Source: an uncultured Gammaproteobacteria bacterium (GTDB lineage Bacteria > Actinomycetota > Acidimicrobiia > Spongiisociales > SHLN01). From it: 64,000 bases of DNA. Positions 38,844 through 47,036 of the stretch are shown here, in pieces. Under the pieces are notes generated by a model, which was given only the letters and a program-made list of their open reading frames with translations, was not told the origin of the DNA and made no database searches. Numbering within the stretch: position 1 is the first letter of the stretch; the number at the start of each line of letters is the position of its first letter. Made by a program: the position numbers and the translations under genes. The stretch lies in contig CAXMQV010000005.1 of NCBI GenBank assembly GCA_964195905.1, positions 10,326 through 74,325 of the forward strand, in the 5' to 3' direction.

Positions 38844-39812
38844 ATGAGCAAGTTCTCGCACCGACTCAGGCAGGCGACCTGGCGGCCGCTATCGGAGGAC
38901 TCCCGGTTGGATCATCTGGCGTCGATCGAGTCGGCCGTTGACGCCGAGGCAGCCCGGGTCCTGGCGCCGGCCTATCACCGGCGTCGTTTCTCGGTGATGG
39001 CGTTGGCAGCCGCCCTCGTCATCGTGCCGACCGGCATTGCCTTCGCGGCTGAGAACGCCATTCCCGGCGATGTCCTCTATCCCGTCAAGCGAGTAACCGA
39101 GACGGTTCGTTCGTGGGTGGATGAAGACGTCGTGGCCGAGCATCGCGTCGAGGAGCTGGAGCAACTCGTGGCCGCCGATACCCCCGACGACGCGATCTCT
39201 GATCAGATCGATCGAGCCACTCAAGAGGTGAATCGGCTGGACGGCGACAGTGCCCTCGAGTCACGGATTCTGGACGCCACCGCCGGCCACACGAACGATC
39301 GGGTCACCGATACCCCGCCACCGCCGGTCCGACCCGGTGATGGCCGGCCGGTGGACACCCCATCGGAAACCACAACCGGCACGACCGCCACCATCACCGA
39401 TGGCACAACGGTGACCAGTACCCCGATTGACCGGCCCACGACGACCACAACTGCAACCACCGTTGTCGACAAGACAACAACCACGATTCGACCCGATGCC
39501 GGAACCCACCGGGTGTTCGGATACGTGCACGCCGGTCCGACCTGTCCGGTCGTCCGATTTCCGCCCGATCCTGGTTGCGCTGATCAGCCGGTGCCGGGAG
39601 CGGCCCTCGTCGTCACTCGCGCAGACGGCACCGAGCTGAAGCGGGTGGAATCAAGCGCGGAGGGCCGCTTTGAGACCAGCCTCCCGGATGGCCCCTACTT
39701 GCTCGTGCCGCGAGAGTACGACGGCCTCCTCGGAACCGCCCCGGCTCAGGAGTTCATCGTTGATGGGGGTCCGGTCGAGCTCGATGTCGCCTACGACACC
39801 GGCATCCGGTAG
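38844..39812 (+). CDS. Putative membrane anti-sigma factor (DUF5667-like) with a Thr-rich linker and a C-terminal beta-rich domain
   Basis: Starts 2 nt after the sigma stop. One TM segment (FSVMALAAALVIVPTGIAFAA), PGDVLYPVKRVTE motif, poly-Thr linker, and a C-terminal GPTCPVVRFPPDPGCADQPVPGAALVV. Confidence 0.5.
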   Translation: MSKFSHRLRQATWRPLSEDSRLDHLASIESAVDAEAARVLAPAYHRRRFSVMALAAALVIVPTGIAFAAENAIPGDVLYPVKRVTETVRSWVDEDVVAEHRVEELEQLVAADTPDDAISDQIDRATQEVNRLDGDSALESRILDATAGHTNDRVTDTPPPPVRPGDGRPVDTPSETTTGTTATITDGTTVTSTPIDRPTTTTTATTVVDKTTTTIRPDAGTHRVFGYVHAGPTCPVVRFPPDPGCADQPVPGAALVVTRADGTELKRVESSAEGRFETSLPDGPYLLVPREYDGLLGTAPAQEFIVDGGPVELDVAYDTGIR

Positions 39813-39821
39813 CCGGCCGGT

Positions 39822-41498
39822 CTAGCGCCAGTCGACCGAGCCCGTGGTGGGTGTGACGTGGATCCAGGTCCGTCCCGGGGTCATGGGGATCTCCCGCCCA
39901 TCGGTTCGGATGAGCCGGAAGAAGTCGCTGGTGCTGCCACGCTCCCAGGTGACCGGCCAGGCCTTGCCGTTGCGGAACACCACTCCATCTCCGCTGCCGA
40001 CCACCCGATAGTCGGGTACCGGCTGGCCGGCCGAGTCGAAGCGGCCCGTGCTGATCGGGTCGACGAAGACCACCACGACCGAATCGGCGGTGATGGGGTC
40101 GCCGGCGGTGTCAACCGCCGCGACGCCGGACTGGTGCCGGAAGTAGCGGTCCGACTGGTACTCCCAGGCGAGCGTATTCGGGCCGGACATAGCGACGTCG
40201 ATGCTGGTCGCCGACGCCCCGCCGGACGGTATCCAGGCGTCGAACGGGAGCACCGGGTCGACGACGCCGACCCAGCCGTCGTCGGGGAGCCGGTCGAAGT
40301 TGTACATGAGGTCATAGACCGGCGGTCGGCCGGCTTCCCGGTAATACCCGGCGATGCGTCCGTTACCCTCGTCGACGGCCACCTCGGCCAGGGCTGCCCG
40401 CACCGAAGGCTGGCCGCCGCTGTGGAGAACTCGGGCATCGAAGGGCTCAATGAGCTTTGGATCGACCTCCCGGACGCTGCGGATGGGCCCGACAGTCTCG
40501 GGGTACCCGGTCTGGTAGAGAGCGATCCACCGGCCGACGCCGCCTTCGACGATGACCTCCATGACGAGGTCGGCCTCGGCGATCCCGGCCTGGGGCCGGG
40601 CCTTGTAGGAGTTGGAGATCTTGGCGATGACCACTCGCCGCGAGGCGTCGCCACCTGCCAACCCGGTGAGGGGGGCGATCCGGCTGGTCGGCTCGACATG
40701 GAGGTGGATGTTGCCGGCGAGTGGCTGCCAACCGCGCCGGCCGAAGAGGAAGCTCTTTTGGGCCGATCCCGTCCAGAGGAAATTGTGGAGGTGGACCGAC
40801 GTCGTGAAGGGTCGGAAGATGCCGGGGGAATCGAATCCATCGCCGTCCCAGTCGCCGATGACGAGCTCGTCGCCGGAATCACCGAAGTAGAGCGAGCCGG
40901 AGGAGAAGGCTACGGGACCCCCGGCGGGGTCGTCCGTGTAGAAGATCGACGACGAGGAAGTTCGGTGCAGGAACAGCCCGTCGATGCCGTCCCCGTCCGG
41001 ATCGCCGGCATAGGGGATGTCGGTCGTGGTCCCGAACCAGAAGACGCGCGAGGCAATCGTGGTCGCGTTCGTGTCGGTCAAGAACACCTGTCCATTGCGG
41101 CTCAACCCAAGAGTGTCGACGCCATCGCCGTCCCAGTCACCGGTGAACACCCGGTCGCCCTGCAAGCCGAAGAAGAACGTGATGTCCGGCTCGGTGGTGG
41201 TGCTCCCGAATTTCGGGATCTCGTTGGTGAGATGGGCTGCTCCCCAGGCAGATCGATACACACCGGGAGTGTCGATCCCGTCGCCGTCCCAGTCACCGAG
41301 AAGGGGAATGTCGCCCGGTTCGCCGTATGTGAACGTGTAATCCACGAAACCGGGTACCTGTACGTGCCAGCGTCCGCCGGGCTCGACGAAAACCACGTGG
41401 TCGGTGGGCGCCGGAAATGCCGGGCTCGGCGTCGCCTGGAGGACGGCGCCGATGAGGGCAACGCCCAGCACCGTACCAACCGCCCATTTTCCGCCCAC
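39822..41498 (-). CDS. Secreted protein: N-terminal GDWDGDG (FG-GAP/VCBS-like) repeats + C-terminal DUF3048-like domain
   Basis: Signal-like N-terminus. About 5 repeats (GDIPLLGDWDGDGIDTPGVYR...). Then IAPLTGL...VVIAKISNSYKARPQAGIAEADLVMEVIVEGGVGRWIALY...VGPIRSVR, typical of DUF3048. Confidence 0.65.
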   Translation of the reverse strand: MGGKWAVGTVLGVALIGAVLQATPSPAFPAPTDHVVFVEPGGRWHVQVPGFVDYTFTYGEPGDIPLLGDWDGDGIDTPGVYRSAWGAAHLTNEIPKFGSTTTEPDITFFFGLQGDRVFTGDWDGDGVDTLGLSRNGQVFLTDTNATTIASRVFWFGTTTDIPYAGDPDGDGIDGLFLHRTSSSSIFYTDDPAGGPVAFSSGSLYFGDSGDELVIGDWDGDGFDSPGIFRPFTTSVHLHNFLWTGSAQKSFLFGRRGWQPLAGNIHLHVEPTSRIAPLTGLAGGDASRRVVIAKISNSYKARPQAGIAEADLVMEVIVEGGVGRWIALYQTGYPETVGPIRSVREVDPKLIEPFDARVLHSGGQPSVRAALAEVAVDEGNGRIAGYYREAGRPPVYDLMYNFDRLPDDGWVGVVDPVLPFDAWIPSGGASATSIDVAMSGPNTLAWEYQSDRYFRHQSGVAAVDTAGDPITADSVVVVFVDPISTGRFDSAGQPVPDYRVVGSGDGVVFRNGKAWPVTWERGSTSDFFRLIRTDGREIPMTPGRTWIHVTPTTGSVDWR

Positions 41499-41620
41499 GC
41501 CAGCTCCCGCTCTTTACCCTGTTCGACCCTATCAACGTGGCACGACGAACAACAATTGGCAAACCGCCTCGCAGGCATTTCTCAAGCGAGCCCGTTCGAG
41601 TTCCGATTACTCAGTCATGC

Positions 41621-42454
41621 ATGGAGGAACACCCAATGGCTGAACTGTCCGGCGACCTCGGGTCCTTTGGGCTCGACCGCGTGCTAGAGCTGCTTGCCGA
41701 CGCCGGCAAGGATGGTGAGCTACGGGTTCATTCTGAGCGGCTGGACGGCCGCATCTTGCTCCAGGGCGGTCGGGTCGCCTATGCCACAACCGCCACCGGC
41801 TCAGAGACCGTCGAGGAGCTCGATGCTCTGCTCGAGCGGTACCAGGCCGATGTGTTTGCGAGTGACCTGCCGGCAACTCTCGAAGAGGTGCTCGAGGAGC
41901 AGCTCACCGAGGTTGCCTACTTCATGATGGCGCTCGGATCCGGTTCGTTCGAGTTCGCCGGATCAGAGCAACCCGGCCCCGATGATGTTCATACGATCAC
42001 GGTTTCCGAGCTACTTGAGAAGGTCGATGCCCGGACCGAGGAGTGGCGCCTCATTCGTCGGGTCATCCCGACTAACGACCAGCCGTTCTGGCTCGTCTCC
42101 CAGCTACCGGTCGGGCGTGCCGACGCGACGCTCAGCGCCGGACAATGGGCCCTGCTGGCCGCCGTCGGCTCCGGAGCATCGGTAACGGAAGTAGCGGCGG
42201 CGCTCAATCTCTACGAGTTCCATGCCGCCGGCGCCTTCGCACGCCTCGTCGAGGAAGGTCTGCTCGAATCGACCGACAAGGCGGAGCACCCCACCCGCCC
42301 CGAGCAGCTCGAGGAACCCGGAGAACACCAGGAACCGGGAATGCCCGATCTGCGCCCGACCGACGAAGCGGTGACATTCTCAACTCAGGATCTCAGCTCA
42401 GATGAGATCAACGAGGTCATCCGCAACATGGGTCGCGGCATCTTCCCCGGCTAG
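41621..42454 (+). CDS. DUF4388 (PatA-N-like) domain protein with an acidic C-terminal half
   Basis: LSGDLGSFGLDRVLELLADAGKDGELRVHSERLDGRILLQGGRVAYA. Start is ATG 41621 or 41636. Confidence 0.6.
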   Translation: MEEHPMAELSGDLGSFGLDRVLELLADAGKDGELRVHSERLDGRILLQGGRVAYATTATGSETVEELDALLERYQADVFASDLPATLEEVLEEQLTEVAYFMMALGSGSFEFAGSEQPGPDDVHTITVSELLEKVDARTEEWRLIRRVIPTNDQPFWLVSQLPVGRADATLSAGQWALLAAVGSGASVTEVAAALNLYEFHAAGAFARLVEEGLLESTDKAEHPTRPEQLEEPGEHQEPGMPDLRPTDEAVTFSTQDLSSDEINEVIRNMGRGIFPG

Positions 42455-42600
42455 CGATTCTCTACCGGCCGCGTTCATTTCCGCGGCGCGATCGTACTGC
42501 CACACTCGACGACGCCGGTTGGCTCTCGCGTGGCGCGGAGAGCTCCGAGCAGCGGGGATGTGGTCGATCACTCTGCGCAGCTTCGTGCTGACGCGCGTCC

Positions 42601-42628
42601 AACTGGTAGCCGGCAACTGGTAGGTACC
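42601..42628. repeat. Heptamer-phased AACTGGT AGCCGGC AACTGGT AGGTACC
   Basis: The 14-mer agccggcaactggt (42608-42621) is identical to 15372-15385, downstream of tsaD. Confidence 0.75.
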
Positions 42629-42763
42629 TGATAGACGTCGATTCACGGTTCGCGAACGCCGGGAACGGCGCGGGCCGTCAACGTTTTGTCCGGGATGCCG
42701 ATAACTGCTGAAACAGTTCTCGCGCCGACGGGATCACCTGCGGGGGCGAGGAGAGGAGTTGGC

Positions 42764-43312
42764 ATGGACTACGTGTACGGAGTGCTCACCAATCCTTCCC
42801 GGGAAGAGGACGAGCTGGTCGTGCTGCCCGAGGACAGCGCCTTCGAGCTCGCCGAGATCAGAGGTCTGCTCCGGTGCCGGACCTGGGGCGATCTGCGGGC
42901 CAAGGCCTCTCCTGCGCGGTATCGAGAGCTGCTCACAAAGTGCGGATACAACGAATATGCCGAGCTGTCCGCCGAGCTGGATCTGGGCGGGGGGCTCAGG
43001 GGTGCGCTAGAGATGGCCCTGGCCGAGTTCGATCCGCGGGCGGTCCCGCCCGGCGACGACGAGCCCTTCCACGCCCACGAGGTTGCCGTCGACCCCGACA
43101 ATGACTACCCGCCCGATCCCCATTACCTCCAGAACCTGCTCGTTTCACAACAGGTCGTCGACCGGTGGGGGGAGCGGTACGAAACCCCCCGTCACCTACC
43201 GGGCGCCGTGTTGCGGGCCGCCGATCTGGCCGATGTCATCAACTCCCTTGAAGCCGAAGGGCACCGGTGTCGCGAAGACCCTGACCTCATTCGGGCCGGA
43301 ATCTCGGAATAG
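42764..43312 (+). CDS. Hypothetical acidic protein (182 aa)
   Basis: ATG 42764 preceded by SD gaggagaggag, with high GC3. I recognise no family. Confidence 0.6.
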   Translation: MDYVYGVLTNPSREEDELVVLPEDSAFELAEIRGLLRCRTWGDLRAKASPARYRELLTKCGYNEYAELSAELDLGGGLRGALEMALAEFDPRAVPPGDDEPFHAHEVAVDPDNDYPPDPHYLQNLLVSQQVVDRWGERYETPRHLPGAVLRAADLADVINSLEAEGHRCREDPDLIRAGISE

Positions 43313-43320
43313 GCGACGCC

Positions 43321-43357
43321 GGTCACCTGTCACCTGTTACCTCCCCTCCGGGGGAGG
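43321..43357. repeat. GGTCACC TGTCACC TGTTACC array running into the hairpin cctcccc-tccg-ggggagg
   Basis: Starts 9 nt after the stop at 43312. Confidence 0.8.
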
Positions 43358-43434
43358 AAAACAAACACCAGGCTCGAGGGGAAGGAATTTCTTCGCGTCT
43401 TGCGAACGTATGTTCGAGCGGGTATGGTCGCGTC

Positions 43435-44298
43435 TTGGACTTGGAGAACGCTCTGGAACGCCCACTCATCTCGGAACTGACGGTCGATCGGGGGAGTTCG
43501 GTCGATCACTTCTCCGAGACCCTCCGCGCCCTGCACGACAAATACGGATCGGCGATCGCCAAGGAGATCGGGACCGAGATCGACGGAGCCCGTCGCCTCG
43601 AAGGCAAGGCTCTCCAACGCCGGGCTCGGGCAGCCACCCTCTCCAGGCAGATCACCCAACTCCAGCAGGAGGCGGAGGCTCTGGAGCAAGAAGCGACCGG
43701 CTACGAACGGGGCATCCAGGCGCTGCTGGGATCGGTGGTCGATCGCATCGAGCACGGGCATGGACCGTCCTGGTCTCCGTGGCCGGTGTTCGGCTACCGG
43801 ATCTGGTCGATTGAGAAGGACGGTCTGCACGGCGCCTGGGTGCACTGGCGCTCGACCGAACTGACGGCCACCTGCAGGAATGGTTCGCTTGAAGACGTGC
43901 CACACGACAACCGCCGGTGTGGCCCGCCCAGCTGTGGGATCTATGCCGTCAAGCGGATCGGCACTCTCCTCAACAACTACCCGATCGAAGACCCCGGCAA
44001 CTTCGCCATCGGGTTGGTGGCGCTGTCTGGCCGCGTCGTTGAGCACACGCGCGCCTACCGGGCCCTGCAGGCCCGGGTGGTTGCCATCGGGGCGGTGGTT
44101 GGACGCCGCATGATTCTGACAAGCGACCGCCAGCGCCTCCATGAGATCTTTGCCGACGTAGGCGCCGCCGCCGCCGCTTTCCCCGAGGTGACCGCCGATG
44201 CCGGCGAGGTCGACGGCCGAATCATCGACTTCCTCACCGAACAAGAAAGGATGCAACCCACATGGACATCGGGAAGCAACAGCGAATCATCACCGTAG
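43435..44298 (+). CDS. Hypothetical protein: N-terminal coiled-coil-like region + C-terminal domain with a C..H..C..C pattern
   Basis: TTG start (first start in the frame, no clear SD), high GC3. QITQLQQEAEALEQEATGYERGIQ, then FGYRIWSIEKDGLHGAW...ATCRNGSLEDVPHDNRRCGPPSCGIYAVK...GLVALSGRVVEHTRAYRA. Confidence 0.6.
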   Translation: MDLENALERPLISELTVDRGSSVDHFSETLRALHDKYGSAIAKEIGTEIDGARRLEGKALQRRARAATLSRQITQLQQEAEALEQEATGYERGIQALLGSVVDRIEHGHGPSWSPWPVFGYRIWSIEKDGLHGAWVHWRSTELTATCRNGSLEDVPHDNRRCGPPSCGIYAVKRIGTLLNNYPIEDPGNFAIGLVALSGRVVEHTRAYRALQARVVAIGAVVGRRMILTSDRQRLHEIFADVGAAAAAFPEVTADAGEVDGRIIDFLTEQERMQPTWTSGSNSESSP

Positions 44299-44553
44299 AG
44301 CCTGAGCCGATCAAGGAACCGGCCGTCCAGCCGGAACCGGCCACCCCCGAGACCGTGCCGGAGCCCGTCGAGACTCCGGCAGGTTGATCGACCCGTCCCA
44401 TTTCCGGCGGAACCCGGCTACGGCGGGGGCGGGATCGACCCCGACAAGCTTGACGAGATGCATCGCAAGATGGATTCCTCCTTCGGCTTCGAAGAGAAGA
44501 AGGAACGACTTCGGGCTCTGAAGGTGCGACTTGCAGAGATCTCGGGCGACTAG
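44262..44553 (+). pseudogene. Small Pro/Glu-rich ORF apparently split by a +1 frame change near 44380
   Basis: Frame A is MDIGKQQRIITVEPEPIKEPAVQPEPATPETVPEPVETPAG* (44262-44387). The next frame continues in coding-like fashion, VDRPVPFPAEPGYGGGGIDPDKLDEMHRKMDSSFGFEEKKERLRALKVRLAEISGD* (to 44553), but has no start codon before 44458. Confidence 0.4.
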
Positions 44554-44616
44554 CTTCGGAACCCAGCAAGTACGAGGTCCGTAATCAAGAACTGGTTTCG
44601 AGACGCCAATTCACGG

Positions 44617-45822
44617 ATGGCGACTATCGGGGTCGCTCCGGACGACGACGACCAGGTCGTACTCCAGAAGCAGCTGCTGGTGTTCTCGTCGATCATGATC
44701 GGATTCGCCGGGGTCGCCTGGGGGTTGATCTACCTGGTGCTGGGAGAACCGCTCGCCGCCTCGATTCCCCTCATCTACAGCCTGCTCTCGGCAATCTCCA
44801 TCGCCTTCTTCTCCCGTCACAAGCGGTACCGGCTCTTTCGATTCAGCCAGCTCGGCCTCACACTCATCCTCCCGTTCTGTCTTTCGATGGCGCTGGGTGG
44901 CCTGGTCAACTCGTCGGCAGTGGTGTTGTGGTCGTTCACCTCCCCTCTCGGAGCCCTCGTCTTCGGGGGTCGGGCGCGGCACTGGTTTGTTTCGTTCGCG
45001 GTGATCGTGCTGGCAACCGGCCTCCTGGAGTCGGTTCTCGACGGAGGTGACCTGTCCTCAGCGGTGGTCACCACGTTCTTCGTAGCGAATATCGTGGCCG
45101 TGACCGCCATCACCTTCGTCCTCCTCCAGTACTTCACCGGCCAACGCGAGACCGCCTTCAGTCTGCTGTCGAACGAGCAAGAGAAGTCGGAGGCGCTGCT
45201 GCTCAATATCCTTCCCAAGCAGATCGCCGAGGCTCTAAAAGCTTCCCCGACCACCATCGCCCAGCATTACGACGGCGCCAGTGTCTTGTTCGCCGATGTG
45301 GTCGAGTTCACGCCGATGTCGGCCCAGATGACGCCAAGCGAGCTGGTCGAGATACTCAATGAGGTTTTCACCTATTTCGACGTGGTGGCCGACGAGCTCG
45401 GGATCGAGAAGATCAAGACGATCGGTGACGCCTACATGGCGGCGGCCGGGGTGCCAACGCCGCGGTCCGATCACGCTCAGGTTCTTACCCGGATGGCCTT
45501 GCAGGTGCGAGATCATTTCAGCGTCAGTGAGGTGGCCGGCCGGAAGCTGGCCTTCCGGATCGGGATCAATTCCGGACCGCTCGTGGCCGGGGTCATCGGG
45601 ACTCGCAAGTTCATCTACGACCTGTGGGGAGACGCCGTCAACACTGCCAGCCGCATGGAGTCACAGGGATCGGGAGGTGCCATCCAGATAACCCGCGCCA
45701 CCTACGAGCTCATCAAGGACGAGTTCGACTGTGTCTCTAGAGGCTTAATCGAGGTGAAGGGGAAAGGCGAGATGGAGGTCTGGCACGTGGTGACCGAGAG
45801 GGAACGGACCGCACTGAACTGA
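44617..45822 (+). CDS. Class III adenylate/guanylate cyclase with a 6-TM N-terminal domain
   Basis: LLNILPKQIAEAL...ASVLFADVVEFT...IKTIGDAYMAAAGVP...GINSGPLVAGVIG...YDLWGDAVNTASRMES. Confidence 0.88.
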   Translation: MATIGVAPDDDDQVVLQKQLLVFSSIMIGFAGVAWGLIYLVLGEPLAASIPLIYSLLSAISIAFFSRHKRYRLFRFSQLGLTLILPFCLSMALGGLVNSSAVVLWSFTSPLGALVFGGRARHWFVSFAVIVLATGLLESVLDGGDLSSAVVTTFFVANIVAVTAITFVLLQYFTGQRETAFSLLSNEQEKSEALLLNILPKQIAEALKASPTTIAQHYDGASVLFADVVEFTPMSAQMTPSELVEILNEVFTYFDVVADELGIEKIKTIGDAYMAAAGVPTPRSDHAQVLTRMALQVRDHFSVSEVAGRKLAFRIGINSGPLVAGVIGTRKFIYDLWGDAVNTASRMESQGSGGAIQITRATYELIKDEFDCVSRGLIEVKGKGEMEVWHVVTERERTALN

Positions 45823-45830
45823 GACCGGGG

Positions 45831-47036
45831 TTACGGCCCGACCACCAGGCGGCCCGCCTTCCACACCTGTTCGATCCCGGCCCGGAGTGTGTCGAATTCG
45901 AACGGATCCGAGCTGCTGATGACGAGGTCGGCAAACTTGCCGGGCTCGAGCGATCCGAGCTCATCGTCCAGCCCCATCAGGCGGGCGCCTCCCATGGTGG
46001 CCGAAGCGAATGCCTCCTCCGGGCTTTGCCCATCGGCCACCATCAAGGAGAGCTCGTCGAGGTTCTCGCCGTGGGGGGTGACGGCGCTGTCGGTACCCAT
46101 TGCGATGTTGACTCCGGCGTCGACGGCCCGCCGGAACGACTCACGGTGAACTTCGATCACCTCGCCGGCTTTCCGAACCGCGGCTGCCGACATCGGTGCC
46201 CCGGCGGCGACGGCCTTCTCAACGCCGGTGGGAGCCACCAGGGTCGGCACGAGATAGGTCCCGTGTTCGAGCATGAGGCCGATGGCTTCATCGTCCAGGT
46301 AGATGCCGTGCTCGATCGACCGGATGCCGGCCCGGACCGCGTTCTTGATGCCGTCGGCGGCCTGGGCATGCGCCATGACCCACAGTCCGGCGGCGGCCGC
46401 CTCGGTGACCAGCACATCGAGCTCCTCGGGGCGGAAGTGGGCGTGGGTCGGTTCGTCACGGGGCGAGAGCACCCCGCCGGAGGTGGCGACCTTGATGACG
46501 TCGGCGCCGGCCCGCACCAGCTCGCGCACTTTCCGGCGCACCTCATCGGGCCCATCGGCGATGCCTGATGGTCTTCCCGGGTAGGGGGTGGCAAGGTGGA
46601 CGGGAATGCCGGACAGATTCCAGCCGTCACCGTGACCCCCGGTCTGGCTGATCATGGCGAGGGAAATCTGCATGCGGGGGCCGAGGATCAGACCGTGTTC
46701 CACCGCCTCCTTCATGCCGAGATCGGCGCCGCCGGCGTCCCGAACTGTCGTTATGCCGGTTTCGAGGGTGCGAGCCATATTCCCGATGGCGAGATAGAAG
46801 TTGTATGAGAGCGGGGTGTGGATGTGGCGCCACAGATCGATGTGGGTGTAGGCGAGGTGCACGTGAGCGTCGATCAGGCCCGGGAAGACGAATTTGCCTG
46901 AGCAGTCGATGGCCTCGTCGCCGTCGAGCCCGGTGCCGACCTCGATGATCCGACCGTCGGTGACGGTCAGATCGGATTCGAGTCGGCCCAGCACCGGGTC
47001 CACGATGGTTCCACCGTGGAACAAGATTCGGGTCAT
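45831..47036 (-). CDS. Amidohydrolase-superfamily metal-dependent hydrolase
   Basis: VFPGLIDAHVHL (HxH), a later HAQ and IEHG, and a GTDS metal ligand region. Confidence 0.8.
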   Translation of the reverse strand: MTRILFHGGTIVDPVLGRLESDLTVTDGRIIEVGTGLDGDEAIDCSGKFVFPGLIDAHVHLAYTHIDLWRHIHTPLSYNFYLAIGNMARTLETGITTVRDAGGADLGMKEAVEHGLILGPRMQISLAMISQTGGHGDGWNLSGIPVHLATPYPGRPSGIADGPDEVRRKVRELVRAGADVIKVATSGGVLSPRDEPTHAHFRPEELDVLVTEAAAAGLWVMAHAQAADGIKNAVRAGIRSIEHGIYLDDEAIGLMLEHGTYLVPTLVAPTGVEKAVAAGAPMSAAAVRKAGEVIEVHRESFRRAVDAGVNIAMGTDSAVTPHGENLDELSLMVADGQSPEEAFASATMGGARLMGLDDELGSLEPGKFADLVISSSDPFEFDTLRAGIEQVWKAGRLVVGP

